Shown in pieces: positions 6,821 to 19,050 of a DNA stretch of 28,986 bases. The notes beneath the pieces were generated by a model. The model was given only the letters and a program-made list of their open reading frames with translations, made no database searches and was not told the DNA's origin. This DNA is from Hyphomicrobiales bacterium (GTDB taxonomy: Bacteria; Pseudomonadota; Alphaproteobacteria; Rhizobiales; Beijerinckiaceae). The position numbers were made by a program, and so were the translations under genes. The DNA is taken from positions 1 through 28,986 of the forward strand of contig JAYVYA010000040.1 in NCBI GenBank assembly GCA_043784745.1. The letters run 5' to 3'. Positions within the stretch are counted from its first letter, which is position 1; the number at the start of each line of letters is the position of its first letter.

Positions 6821-9800
6821 GACTGCTGTCGCTGAACCTCGAAAAATACGGATCCTTCACCGAGCGCACCCTTGCGTTTCGCCCGGAAGCGCTTGTGCAT
6901 ATTGTCCACGGGCCGAATGAGGCGGGCAAAACCTCCTCGCTTTCGGCCATAGGCGACCTGCTGTTCGGATTTGGCAAAACCACGCCCTATGCGTTCCAGC
7001 ACGCCAATCCCGACTTGCGGGTGGGGGCCAGCCTGCAGCTGCGCGATGGTCGCGGGCTGGACTTCCGCCGCCGGAAGGGCAATGCCAACACGCTGGTGGA
7101 TGGGGCGGACAAGCCGCTCCCCGATGATTTTTTGCTCCCCGTCACTGGCACTCTCACCCGCCGCGACTTTGAGAGCGAGTTTGGCCTGACGGCGGAGGCC
7201 ATGCGGGCGGGGGGCCGGGCATTGGTGCAAACCGGCGGGCGGCTGGCGGAAATGCTGGCGGCGGGATCGGCTGGCCTGTCAGCCCTGTCGCGGCTGGCAG
7301 GAACCCTGGACGCGGAAGCCAATGCGCTGTTTTCCGAGCGCAAGGTGGCCAGCAAACCGTTCTATCTGGCGGACGAAGAGTTCAAGAAAGCCGAGAAAAG
7401 CCTGAAGGAATCCGTAGTAACGGTAGACGCATGGAAGGCGGCGCTGGCGCAGGTGGAAGCGGCACGGACGGCCGCGGAGGCGGTGGAGCAGGGGCAAAAG
7501 GCGCAGGCCGGGGAACTGGCGCGGCTGGAGCGGATCAAGGCCGTGGCCCCGGTGCTGCGGCGGCTGGAAGCGCGACGCGAAGAGTTGGCCGGATTGGCCG
7601 ATTTGCCCGACATTGCCGCCCATCTGGCACCCGACTGGCGCAAGGCACTGGCCGATGTGGTGGATCTGGCCGGGCAAACAGCGGAACTGGAAGCCGAGCG
7701 TGAGGCTGCAAGCGCGCAACTGGACACATTGGCGGAGCAGCCGGAATTGCTGGCGGCTGGCCAAGCCATCGAGCAAGCCCGCGAGCGGATAGGCGCCATC
7801 GCCAAAGCCGCCAGCGATCTGCCGCGCCGGGTGCAGGACCGGGACGACGCTCATGCCCAGCTGGCAGACACGGCCCGGCGGCTGAACCTGGCCGATGTCG
7901 CCGCCTTGCTGGCGCAGGTGCCGGATGAAGCCAGCCTTGCCGCTGCCCGCGCGCTGCTGGCGCGCAGCAAAGCGGCTGCGCAGGCTGTGGAGCAGGCAGA
8001 AGCGGCCAAGACCCGGCATGTCATGGCACTGGCGCGGTTTCAGCAAAACGAACCCCTGCCGGCCCATGTGCAAGACCCCGCTGCGCTGAAACGCCGGTGC
8101 GACGCGCTGGCATCGATTCCGCTGGATGCGGACCGGTTGCGGCGCGAGACGTTGAAGCTGGAGATCGAAGAAAAGCAATTGGGGGATGCGCTGGCACGGC
8201 TGACCCCCGCCCTTGCCAGCATCGACGCCCTGGCCCGCCTGCCGCTGCCCGAAACCGCCAGCCTCGCCGCTGCCAGACAGAGCATTGAGGGACTGGAGCG
8301 GGAGGCAGGGCAATTGCAGGCGCAGGCTGCGGCCATTCGCGTGCAAGCTGGCGCAGCCCGTGCCGAAATAGCGGTGCTGTCCGCGCAAGGCCAGGTGATG
8401 ACGCGCGAGGCACTGGTGGCGGCGCGCGGCGTGCGGGACCAGGCGTTGCAAAATCTCGAAGCCGCCCTCAATGCCGCTATCGGCGAGCGGCAGGCGCGGC
8501 TGGAAACGCTGCGGGTGCTGCAAGCGCGCGCCGATGAACTGGCCGACCTTTTGCTGGGCGAGGGCGACCGCGCCACGCGCCGCCTGCTGGCGGAGCAAAA
8601 GCTGGAAGAAGCCGGTGCGGCCCTGGCCCGCCACGAAGCTGGCGTGAAGGATTTCGACGGCAGGCAGGCGGCGTTTGCCCGCGATTGGCTGGCGCTGTGG
8701 CAAAGCTCCGGTTTGACCCCGCTTGATCCGGCGCGGATGATGATTTGGCAGGACAAGGTGCGCGACCTTTTTCACCGGCATCAGGCATTTGCCCCGCGCC
8801 GGGTGGAACTGGCTGCGCTGAAGGCCGGCCTGGACGAAAAGCGCCCGTTGCTGGCGGTGCTGGCGGCGGATTTTGGGCTGGAACTGCATAAGGAAAGCCC
8901 GGCGGAAGTGAGCTTTGCCGAAGTGCTTGCCGCTTTGGCCGAAGTTCAGGACGCATGGGCCAAATCCCGCGCGCAAGCGACGGAAGGCAAGATGCTCGCC
9001 GCCAGTGTGGCCGATGCCGGGACGACACTGGCAACGGCTAACGCCAAAACCGCCGCCGTACAGGCGGAATGGCTGGCGGGCATGGGCAAGCTTGGGCTTG
9101 CGCAGGCCATCGCAGGCGAAGCGGAGGCGGCGCTGGCGGCATGGGCCGGCACGGTGGAGCCGCGCGTCAAACTGGCGCGGGAGCAGCGCAGCATAGATAC
9201 GATTCTGGCTGATCAGGCGGCTTTTGAGTCCGCTGTGACGATTCTGGTGGCGCAGGCCGGGCCGGATCTGGCCGGGCAATTGCCGGGGCAGGCTTTGCAG
9301 GTTCTGGTGCAGCGCCTTGCTGCCGCACGCCAGACCGAGACCGGGCGCGAGCATATGCAAAAGGCGCAGGCGGCAAGAATTGCCAAGCTGGCCGAACTGG
9401 CGCGGCGGGCCGCGCGGGCGCGGAGGCTGGTCAGCGAAGCCGAGGCGGCCCTGCCGGGCCAGCCGGACGTGGGGATGGCGCTGGACCGTCTGGCGCAACG
9501 CGCCGTGCTGCGGGCCGGGTCCGCCGACCTCGCCGCGCAACTGGACGAAGCCGCCGCCGGGCATGACGAGGCCCGGTTGCGGGCAGAACTGGCTTTGGTC
9601 GATCTGGACCAGATCACCGGTTTGATCAGCGCCGGTCAGGCCAAAGTCGATGCCGGCCGCGTCGATCTGGGCGAAGCCATTGCCGCGTTGCGGGCAGCGG
9701 AACAGGCGCGCGACAAAATCAGCGAGGGCCGCAATGCCGGGCAGGCCCAGCAGGCGCGCACCGAGGCCGGTGCCGACATGCTGCGGATTGGCGAGGAATG

Positions 9801-10269
9801 GCTGGTGCGCCACATGGCCGTGCACCTCGCCCGCGCCGCCATCCAGCGCCACCGCGCGGCGGCACAGGACCCGGTGATCGCCCGCGCCTCGGCATTGTTT
9901 GGCGCGGTGACATCGGGCGGTTTTGCCGGGCTGGTAACGGCTTACGATGAAAATGACAATCCCGTGCTGGTCGGCCAGCGGGCCAGCGGCGGCAAAGTCG
10001 TCAAGGTGGAAGAAATGAGCGAGGGCACCCGCGACCAGCTGTTTCTGGTGCTGCGGCTGGCGCTGCTGGAACAGCGGGCCGGCGAGCCGCTGCCCTTTGT
10101 CGGCGATGATTTGCTGGCCAGTTTCGATGAAGCCCGGACGGGGGAAATGCTGGAAGTGCTGGCCCGGTTTGGCGAGTGCAGCCAGGTGATCCTGTTTACT
10201 CACCATGCCCATATCGTGGAAATTGCCCTGAAACGGCTGGGGCCCAAGGCTGATGTGCTGGGGCTGTAG
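6817..10269 (+). CDS. YhaN-family (AAA_27) Rad50/SbcC-like coiled-coil ATPase, 1150 aa
   Basis: N-terminal Walker A GPNEAGKT, long Ala-rich coiled coil, C-terminal signature [16 protein letters not shown], Walker [13 protein letters not shown] and H-loop LFTHH. ATGA overlap with the nuclease gene. Confidence 0.92.
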   Translation: MRLLSLNLEKYGSFTERTLAFRPEALVHIVHGPNEAGKTSSLSAIGDLLFGFGKTTPYAFQHANPDLRVGASLQLRDGRGLDFRRRKGNANTLVDGADKPLPDDFLLPVTGTLTRRDFESEFGLTAEAMRAGGRALVQTGGRLAEMLAAGSAGLSALSRLAGTLDAEANALFSERKVASKPFYLADEEFKKAEKSLKESVVTVDAWKAALAQVEAARTAAEAVEQGQKAQAGELARLERIKAVAPVLRRLEARREELAGLADLPDIAAHLAPDWRKALADVVDLAGQTAELEAEREAASAQLDTLAEQPELLAAGQAIEQARERIGAIAKAASDLPRRVQDRDDAHAQLADTARRLNLADVAALLAQVPDEASLAAARALLARSKAAAQAVEQAEAAKTRHVMALARFQQNEPLPAHVQDPAALKRRCDALASIPLDADRLRRETLKLEIEEKQLGDALARLTPALASIDALARLPLPETASLAAARQSIEGLEREAGQLQAQAAAIRVQAGAARAEIAVLSAQGQVMTREALVAARGVRDQALQNLEAALNAAIGERQARLETLRVLQARADELADLLLGEGDRATRRLLAEQKLEEAGAALARHEAGVKDFDGRQAAFARDWLALWQSSGLTPLDPARMMIWQDKVRDLFHRHQAFAPRRVELAALKAGLDEKRPLLAVLAADFGLELHKESPAEVSFAEVLAALAEVQDAWAKSRAQATEGKMLAASVADAGTTLATANAKTAAVQAEWLAGMGKLGLAQAIAGEAEAALAAWAGTVEPRVKLAREQRSIDTILADQAAFESAVTILVAQAGPDLAGQLPGQALQVLVQRLAAARQTETGREHMQKAQAARIAKLAELARRAARARRLVSEAEAALPGQPDVGMALDRLAQRAVLRAGSADLAAQLDEAAAGHDEARLRAELALVDLDQITGLISAGQAKVDAGRVDLGEAIAALRAAEQARDKISEGRNAGQAQQARTEAGADMLRIGEEWLVRHMAVHLARAAIQRHRAAAQDPVIARASALFGAVTSGGFAGLVTAYDENDNPVLVGQRASGGKVVKVEEMSEGTRDQLFLVLRLALLEQRAGEPLPFVGDDLLASFDEARTGEMLEVLARFGECSQVILFTHHAHIVEIALKRLGPKADVLGL

Positions 10270-10280
10270 CTCCGGGGTCT

Positions 10281-10377
10281 GGAGCGCGGGCATCCCGGCC
10301 GCTTCATTCCATTGTGCGATATTTGCCATTATCCGATGTTTGGGTAGTGGACTGAGCGGGCGGGACGCCCGCGCTCC
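10281..10377. repeat. Inverted REP doublet (REPIN-like)
   Basis: GGAGCGCGGGCATCCCGGCCGCT (10281-10303) matches the reverse complement of 10355-10377 (GGAGCGCGGGCGTCCCGCCCGCT) at 21/23 positions. Confidence 0.78.
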
Positions 10378-10387
10378 GGAGGACACC

Positions 10388-11080
10388 ATGCCCAATCCCC
10401 TCGTCATCTCCCCCTCGATCCTTTCCGCCGATTTTGCCCGGCTGGGCGAGGAAGTTCGTGCCATCGACGACGCGGGCTGCGACTGGATTCACGTCGATGT
10501 GATGGACGGGCATTTTGTCCCCAACATCACCATCGGTCCGGACGTGGTCAAAGCGTTGCGCCCGCATACGAAGAAGATTTTCGACGTGCATTTGATGATC
10601 GCGCCCTGTGACCCGTATCTGGAAGCCTTCGCCAAGGCGGGGTCGGACATCATTACCATCCACGCCGAGTCCGGGCCGCATCTGGACCGCTCGCTGCAAG
10701 CGATCCGCAATCTGGGCAAGCAAGCCGGCGTCACCCTCTGCCCGGCGACGCATGAGAGCGTGATCGAATATGTGCTGGACCGGGTTGACCTTATTCTGGT
10801 GATGACGGTCAACCCCGGCTTTGGCGGCCAGGCCTTCATCCGCCCACAGCTGGAAAAGCTGCGCCGCATCCGGGCGATGATCGGCGAACGGCCGATCCGG
10901 CTGGAGGCGGATGGCGGGGTGACCATCGACATTGCCGAAGAGATCGTGCAGGCGGGGGCCGATACGCTGGTGGCCGGTTCCGCTGTGTTTCGGGGCGGCA
11001 CGCCCCAGCATTACCGCAGCAATATTGCCGCCATCCGCGCGGCGGGCGAACTGGGAAGCGGGCGCATGCGCGTCGCCTGA
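10388..11080 (+). CDS. rpe: Ribulose-phosphate 3-epimerase
   Basis: [63 protein letters not shown] before the ATG at 10388. Confidence 0.97.
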   Translation: MPNPLVISPSILSADFARLGEEVRAIDDAGCDWIHVDVMDGHFVPNITIGPDVVKALRPHTKKIFDVHLMIAPCDPYLEAFAKAGSDIITIHAESGPHLDRSLQAIRNLGKQAGVTLCPATHESVIEYVLDRVDLILVMTVNPGFGGQAFIRPQLEKLRRIRAMIGERPIRLEADGGVTIDIAEEIVQAGADTLVAGSAVFRGGTPQHYRSNIAAIRAAGELGSGRMRVA

Positions 11081-11158
11081 GGCACCATCAAACTATTGCC
11101 GATCAAGGTCATGGTAGCTGGAAGGCGAAGCCGCGACCGGGCGGGCAGTGTTGCGCGA

Positions 11159-11989
11159 TTATAGCCCCTTCGCCTTCGCCAGCCCGTCTACCCAGCGGTA
11201 ATCATCCGCCACCCAGGCCGGATCAATCTCGTGCTCGCCGGGGTGCAGGCAAAGCTCAATCTCCTTGCCGGAGCCGCAGGCACCGGCTGCCCAGGTCTGG
11301 CACATCATGGTGCCGCGCTGCCCGCTGCTTGTGGGGGAGACCTGGCAGCGGTCGCGGGTTTTAAGCTGATTGATGGAGCGGAGGACGTCGCCTTGCTTGA
11401 ACTGGCCGTTGCGCAGCGAGCGCCCGCCCATCGGCACGGTCTTGTCGGAGAGGCCGTGGATGTGGCGCAGGGAGACCGGGCCGCTCGGGCAGGTCTGCGG
11501 CATGGGTTCCCAATAGGCTCCGGCTATCGGCGCGAAGGCGGCAAAACGCTCGCCCATGAAGCAGGCGAGATACCATGTCATGGAGCCGCCGATGGAAAAC
11601 CCGGTGGCGAACAAACGAGCATGGTCGACCGGCACGCGCCTGTCCACATCATCCAGTACGCTGGCAACAAAAGCGAAATCATCGCGCGGTCCCTGGATTT
11701 TGGCGGGGTAGGACCAATTCTTGTTGTCGCCGCTGGGGGCTACCAGCAGCACGCCCAGATCAGACAGGGTATTTACCAGCCCCTCGTCCTTCATCACCTC
11801 CTCACCGGTGCCGCCATAGCCATGAAAAAACACGGCGGTGGGCAGAAGCGATTTGCCATCCCAGCCCTTGGGCAGGCTCATGTAATACTGCCCGGCAGCC
11901 ACCTCGCACGGGCTGAGGCCACCGCAGGCCTGCGCCCCGGGAGCGCCGAGGGCGAGGAGGGCGATTGCCGCGCAGATCCGCTTCAACAC
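11159..11989 (-). CDS. Secreted alpha/beta-hydrolase (PHB depolymerase/LpqC-like esterase)
   Basis: Signal peptide (ICAAIALLALGAPGAQA-C), FFHGYGG, nucleophile GFSIGG, HIHGLSDKTVP and C-terminal HPGEH. The GTG start was chosen for its GGAG RBS; ATG starts up to 12049 are possible. Confidence 0.85.
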   Translation of the reverse strand: MLKRICAAIALLALGAPGAQACGGLSPCEVAAGQYYMSLPKGWDGKSLLPTAVFFHGYGGTGEEVMKDEGLVNTLSDLGVLLVAPSGDNKNWSYPAKIQGPRDDFAFVASVLDDVDRRVPVDHARLFATGFSIGGSMTWYLACFMGERFAAFAPIAGAYWEPMPQTCPSGPVSLRHIHGLSDKTVPMGGRSLRNGQFKQGDVLRSINQLKTRDRCQVSPTSSGQRGTMMCQTWAAGACGSGKEIELCLHPGEHEIDPAWVADDYRWVDGLAKAKGL

Positions 11990-12202
11990 AATGATTTCTC
12001 CCGGCGCCATTTCATGGCCATCATGGCAAACCAGGCCAGGCGATGGCAATAGCCCAGAGGCCGGCAGGCTGGCGACTTCACGATATTACCAGACACAATT
12101 GCATGCCGGACAGTCACGCAAACGTGAATCCGTGTTGTGCGCGGCACTTGTTACGCTTGGTTTCAAATTCGGGACCAGTCCCGCTTCAGCCAGGGTTGCC
12201 GC

Positions 12203-13555
12203 ATGTTAGTTGATTGTTTTTCCGGCACCCATGCCAGCGCCAGCGCTCCGGCTGTCCGGGCCTTCGAGGCGGCGGTTGTCGCAGTGGCGGCCCATCGCCC
12301 GGCGGGCGGCGACCACTTGAGGGAAGCGCTGGCACATGACCCCGATTTTACCGCAGCCCATGCGCTAAAAGGCTTTGCTTCGCTGATTCTGGCCCGTGCG
12401 GAGCTGATTGCCCCGGCCCGGCAGGCTTTGGCGCAAGCCAGGGCCAGTCTGGAGCGCAGCGCGCCAACCGCCCATGAACTGGCCCTGGTGGCCGCCCTGG
12501 CTGAGGTGACGGAAGGCCGCATGCTGGCGGCCTGCGCCATTCTGGAACGCCATACCGCCGGGCACCGGCATGATTTTCTGGCCATCAAACTCTCCAACGC
12601 CATGCGCTTCATGGCGGGCGATCTGGCGGGCATGCTGGCCGCGACCAGCGCGGTGTTGCCAGACTGGTCTGCGGCCCGGCCCGGCTATGGCTTCGTGCTC
12701 GGCTGCCACGCTTTTGGGCTGGAGGAAGCGGGCGAATTCGCGGCGGCGGAGAAAACCGGCCTCGCTGCCGTCCGGCATGAGCCGCGCGATGCCTGGGGCC
12801 TGCACGCGGTGTCGCATGTTTACGAGATGAACGGGCGCACGGCGGCGGGCCTGACCCTGCTGGAGCAGGCGCGACCGATGTGGACGCAATGCCACAATTT
12901 TTCCTTTCATATGGCCTGGCATCTGGCGTTGCTGCAGATGGAGCGCGGGCGCAATGATCTGGCGCTGGACCTCTATGACCATGATGTGCGCCCGGTAGAA
13001 ACCGACGATTTCCGGGACATTGCCAATGCCGCCTCACTGCTGTGGCGGTTGCGGCAGGATCGGGTGGATGTGGGCCGGCGCTGGGACGAACTGGCGGAAC
13101 TGGCGCAGCAGCGTGCCTGCGACACGACGCTGGTGTTTGCCAGCCTGCATCATCTCCTCAGCCTGATCGCCAGCGGCGAACTGCAACAGGCGGAACGGAT
13201 TGTGGCGGCGCTGGGTGCGCGGGCGCGCTCAGGCCAGGGTGACCAGGGCGTCGCCGCGCGGCGGGTGGGGGTTGACCTCGCCAGGGCCATGGTCGATTTT
13301 GCCCGCGACGGGGCCAGCCGGGCCGATATGGCGCGCCTTGCCCGCAACCTGCCCGCCATGGGCGGAAGCCATGCCCAGCGCGATGTGTTTTTGCGCAGCC
13401 TGATGAACATGGCCTCCCAAAGCGGGCAGTGCGACATGGCCATGGCCGTGCTCGACGTCAGACGCAAATTCAAGCGCGATGACCATTTTGCAACCATGGT
13501 GCAAAACCGGATCTCGGCCCTGCGCCCGGCCCAAACCCTGAAATTTGCCTCGTGA
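12203..13555 (+). CDS. TTC38-like tetratricopeptide-repeat protein
   Basis: HAFGLEE, DAWGLHAVSHVYEM, FSFHMAWHLAL, DIANAASLLWRL and GGSHAQRDVF, all characteristic of the TTC38 family. Confidence 0.85.
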   Translation: MLVDCFSGTHASASAPAVRAFEAAVVAVAAHRPAGGDHLREALAHDPDFTAAHALKGFASLILARAELIAPARQALAQARASLERSAPTAHELALVAALAEVTEGRMLAACAILERHTAGHRHDFLAIKLSNAMRFMAGDLAGMLAATSAVLPDWSAARPGYGFVLGCHAFGLEEAGEFAAAEKTGLAAVRHEPRDAWGLHAVSHVYEMNGRTAAGLTLLEQARPMWTQCHNFSFHMAWHLALLQMERGRNDLALDLYDHDVRPVETDDFRDIANAASLLWRLRQDRVDVGRRWDELAELAQQRACDTTLVFASLHHLLSLIASGELQQAERIVAALGARARSGQGDQGVAARRVGVDLARAMVDFARDGASRADMARLARNLPAMGGSHAQRDVFLRSLMNMASQSGQCDMAMAVLDVRRKFKRDDHFATMVQNRISALRPAQTLKFAS

Positions 13556-13618
13556 GGCTTGCTCCCGCTGGCTGGCGCTGCCACAGGGGACCGGACACAT
13601 TCGCCTGAAAGCCCCGCC

Positions 13619-15226
13619 ATGAACCGCGTTGCCGACACCATTGCCCGTGCCCTGCACACCCACGGCATCCGCCACGCCTTTGGCATGCCGGGCGGCGAGG
13701 TGGTGACGCTGGTGGACGCGCTGGAGGCGGCGGGCATCCGGTTTATCCTCGCGCGCAACGAGACCGCAGCGGCGATCATGGCGGCGGGCACGGCAACGCG
13801 CGGCGATGTACCGGGCCTGCTGGTGACGACGCTGGGACCGGGGCTGGGCAATGCCGTCAACGGCATTGCCGATGCGATGCAGGAGCGCAATCCGCTGATC
13901 GTGATTTCGGGCGTGGTCGAGCGCAATATCCGCGCCCGCTATACCCACCAGATCGTCGATCATGCCGCCCTGCTGCGCCCGCTGGTGAAAGCGAGTTTTG
14001 AGGTGGAAGCCGAAGGGGCGGGAGCTGTCATCGCCCGCGCAGTGGCTTTGGCTTTGGCCTCGCCCTGCGGGCCGGTTCATCTGGACCTGTCGCCTGCCGT
14101 GGCAGCCATGCCAGATTCTGCCCCTTTGGCGGTTGTGGCGCAAACGCAACGGGTTTCGGCTGTGGCGCTGGAACATCCGGCGCTGGTGCAGGTGCGCGCC
14201 CAACTGGCACAAGCCCGCAGGCCGCTGCTGCTGGCCGGGCTGGAAGCGGCGCGGGCAGGCGCAGGGGAATCCATCCGGCATCTGGCAGAGGCGCGCGGCA
14301 TTCCGGTGGTGACGACCTACAAGGGTAAAGGCGTGCTGGACGAGAACCATCCGCTGGCGCTGGGCGGCGCGGGCCTTTCACCCATGGCCGATGCCATCCT
14401 CGGTCCGCTGTTCCGCAGTGCCGATCTGGTGCTGCTGGTGGGCTATGACCCAATTGAAATGCGGGCGGGCTGGCTGGAGCCCTTCGGAGCGGACACCCGC
14501 GTGATCGAACTGACGCAACAGCCGGCCGACCATGGCATGCACGCTTGCCATGTGCGGCTGGACGGGCCTCTCCCGGCGCTGTTGCAGGCGCTGGCCGGAC
14601 CAGGTGGTGCGATATGGGCGGATGGCGAGATTGCCGCTGCAAAGGCCCGGCTGGCCGCAGCATTTGCCGTGCCGGCAGAATGGGGGCCGCATTCGGTCTT
14701 TGCCGCTTTGCAGGCGAAGGTGCCAGCGGATGGCATTGTCACGATTGACTCCGGCGCGCACCGGATTTTGCTGGCGCAGATGTGGCAAGCGGCGCGCCCG
14801 CTGCAACTGCTGCAATCGGCCGGCTGGTGCACGATGGGCTCGGCGATACCCCTCGCCATCGGGGCCAAAATCCACGCGCCGCACAAGGCCGTGGTGGCCG
14901 TGCTGGGCGATGGCGGGCTGGAAATGACACTGGGCGAGCTGGGCACGCTGCGCGATCAGGGCCTGCCGGTGGTGGTGCTGGTGGTGCAGGACGAGAGCCT
15001 GGCGCTGATCGAACTGAAGCAGGCGCAGGCCGGGCTGGCCCGCCACGGCGTGGCCATGGGGGCAACCCGCTATGACGAGGTGGCGCGGGCCTTTGGCGGG
15101 CATGGCGTCAACGTGCGCAGCCGCGCCGAACTGGACGCGGCATTGCAAGCCGCCTTTGCCCGCCGCAGCTGCTTTAGCCTGATCGCCTGCCAGATTGCGC
15201 GAGGGGCTTATGCTGGCCAAATCTGA
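13619..15226 (+). CDS. Thiamine diphosphate-dependent enzyme, acetolactate synthase/POX-like superfamily (substrate unknown)
   Basis: FGMPGGE, catalytic Glu in ARNETAA, GPGLGN, TTYKGKG, GSAIPLAIGA and the ThDP motif GDG-X24-QD. Confidence 0.9.
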   Translation: MNRVADTIARALHTHGIRHAFGMPGGEVVTLVDALEAAGIRFILARNETAAAIMAAGTATRGDVPGLLVTTLGPGLGNAVNGIADAMQERNPLIVISGVVERNIRARYTHQIVDHAALLRPLVKASFEVEAEGAGAVIARAVALALASPCGPVHLDLSPAVAAMPDSAPLAVVAQTQRVSAVALEHPALVQVRAQLAQARRPLLLAGLEAARAGAGESIRHLAEARGIPVVTTYKGKGVLDENHPLALGGAGLSPMADAILGPLFRSADLVLLVGYDPIEMRAGWLEPFGADTRVIELTQQPADHGMHACHVRLDGPLPALLQALAGPGGAIWADGEIAAAKARLAAAFAVPAEWGPHSVFAALQAKVPADGIVTIDSGAHRILLAQMWQAARPLQLLQSAGWCTMGSAIPLAIGAKIHAPHKAVVAVLGDGGLEMTLGELGTLRDQGLPVVVLVVQDESLALIELKQAQAGLARHGVAMGATRYDEVARAFGGHGVNVRSRAELDAALQAAFARRSCFSLIACQIARGAYAGQI

Positions 15227-16367
15227 CAGCAAGCCTTGGCTGCGGGATTCACGGCTCGATTTTTTCCGCGGCCTTGGCATGTTCATCATCCTCATCGCCC
15301 ATATTCCGTGGAATCCGTGGACGGACTGGATTCCGGCGCGCTTCGGCTTTTCGGATGCCGCCGACATGTTCGTGTTCTGCTCGGGCATGGCCTCGTCGCT
15401 GGCGTTCGCGCGGGTGTTTCTGGAGCGCGGCTGGTGGCTGGGCACGGCACGCATCGCCCAAAGGGTCTGGCAGGTCTACTGGGCCCATATCGCCAGTTTT
15501 CTGGTGGTAGCTTCGCTGATGGTGGCGGCGGACCAATTTTTGGCGATCGACCATTATGTGCGCGAAGAACTTAACCTTCAGCCGTTTTTCGACGCGCCGC
15601 GCCAGCATTTGCTCGGCCTGATGACTCTGGCATATGTGCCTAATTATTTTGACATTCTGCCGATGTATCTGGCCATTCTGGCGATGATTCCAGTGGTCAT
15701 GGGGCTGGCGCGCTGGCGCGTTGAACTTGTGGGGGTTTTCGTCACCGGCCTGTGGCTGGCGGCCAATTTCGGCATGCTGGATCTGGAGGCTGACCGCTGG
15801 AACCATCGCGGCTGGTTTTTCAACCCGTTTGGCTGGCAGCTGGTGTTTTTCACCGGGTTTGCCCTGGTGCGCGGCTGGCTGCCCGCCCCGCCGCGCGACC
15901 GCAGGCTGGTGTGGCTGTGCCTCGCCATCGTGCTGCTGGCCGCGCCCGTCTCCTGCCAGGACGGATTTGGCTGCTACGCGGGATTTGGCCTGGCACCAGT
16001 GCTCGGCCAGATCCACGGTGCGCTGGCGTTCTGGATTGACAAGACGAACTATGGCCCGCTGCGCTATGTGCATTTCATGGCGACGGTCTATCTGGCCTGG
16101 ATGGCGGCGGGGCAACAGGGCAGCCGCCTGACCGGGCCGCTGGTGGAAATCACGCGGCGGGTGGGCCAGCAGACGCTGGCCGTGTTTCTAACGGGCCTGT
16201 GTCTGGCGCAGGTACTGGGAATTCTGCTGGACCGGGTTGGGCGAGGATTCTGGAGCGTGCCGCTGGCCAACCTTGGCGGCTGCGCGATACTGGTTGCGGC
16301 GGCGCTGGCGGTGCACTGGTTCAAGGCCGCACCATGGAAAACGGCGCGGGAGAGTGGCCTGCTATAG
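15210..16367 (+). CDS. OpgC-domain polytopic membrane protein (putative acyltransferase)
   Basis: RDSRLDFFRG, FGFSDAADMFVF, PNYFDILPMY, FNPFGWQLVF, GPLRYVHF, GQQTLAVF and many TMs. Overlaps the upstream gene by 17 nt. Confidence 0.88.
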   Translation: MLAKSDSKPWLRDSRLDFFRGLGMFIILIAHIPWNPWTDWIPARFGFSDAADMFVFCSGMASSLAFARVFLERGWWLGTARIAQRVWQVYWAHIASFLVVASLMVAADQFLAIDHYVREELNLQPFFDAPRQHLLGLMTLAYVPNYFDILPMYLAILAMIPVVMGLARWRVELVGVFVTGLWLAANFGMLDLEADRWNHRGWFFNPFGWQLVFFTGFALVRGWLPAPPRDRRLVWLCLAIVLLAAPVSCQDGFGCYAGFGLAPVLGQIHGALAFWIDKTNYGPLRYVHFMATVYLAWMAAGQQGSRLTGPLVEITRRVGQQTLAVFLTGLCLAQVLGILLDRVGRGFWSVPLANLGGCAILVAAALAVHWFKAAPWKTARESGLL

Positions 16368-16518
16368 GCGGCGTCCATGGAACCAGAAGCTTTGGGGTGT
16401 CTTTCCATCGTCGTTTGGCGGATATATCTGGAGGGTCGCCCAAAGAGGAGTTTCGCTTGTCCGGTGCCACGATATTGCTCAGTGTGCTGAAGGCCGACTG
16501 GTCCAAAGCGAGGGCGCT

Positions 16519-16707
16519 GTGAGCGGCGGGGCACGCCAGGCAGTGCAGGTGGCGGGGCTCGTGCTGGCCTCGGGCGCGGTGTGGTGGGTGGTGGCTTTCG
16601 CAGCCGAATCGCTGGGCCTGGCGGATTTTCCGGTGCTGGCACCGCTTGCCGCCGTGATCGGGTTTTTGACGCTGGCGGAAAACTGGCTAGCGATCAAAAG
16701 GCCATGA
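16519..16707 (+). CDS. Small two-TM hypothetical membrane protein (62 aa)
   Basis: GAGGG RBS then GTG. Reads VSGGARQAVQVAGLVLASGAVWWVVAFAAESLGLADFPVLAPLAAVIGFLTLAENWLAIKRP, with host-like GC3. Confidence 0.55.
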   Translation: MSGGARQAVQVAGLVLASGAVWWVVAFAAESLGLADFPVLAPLAAVIGFLTLAENWLAIKRP

Positions 16708-16936
16708 CCCGATCGTTCCTGTTTCGGATGGCGCTGCAAAATGGCTTGCTGTCAGGGTTGCGCACAAAAAAGCCATATGTTAGTCACGCCCAACTCCGGG
16801 AAGGATACGGGCTGTGCCTGAGCCTGACCTGCGTCCCCTTTGTGCCTGCTTCAGGTTTTACGGCGTTGCCGCAAGAGCATGATGATGCGGGTGCACCGGA
16901 CCACCAGCGCCATCCGGCGGCACAGACGAGGAATTC

Positions 16937-19029
<2,093 letters not shown>

Positions 19030-19050
19030 TACGGGGTTCAGGGGCTGACC

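Noticed and set aside
7279-10464. 1061-aa antisense ORF opposite the YhaN-like gene
   Set aside because: No motifs and a Gln/Arg/Gly/Pro-skewed composition. It is the expected shadow frame of a GC-rich, Ala-rich coding strand.
16368-16518. Intergenic stretch checked for a riboswitch or leader peptide (37-codon ATG ORF)
   Set aside because: No convincing match to riboswitch consensus sequences I know, and the short ORF has no coding signal.
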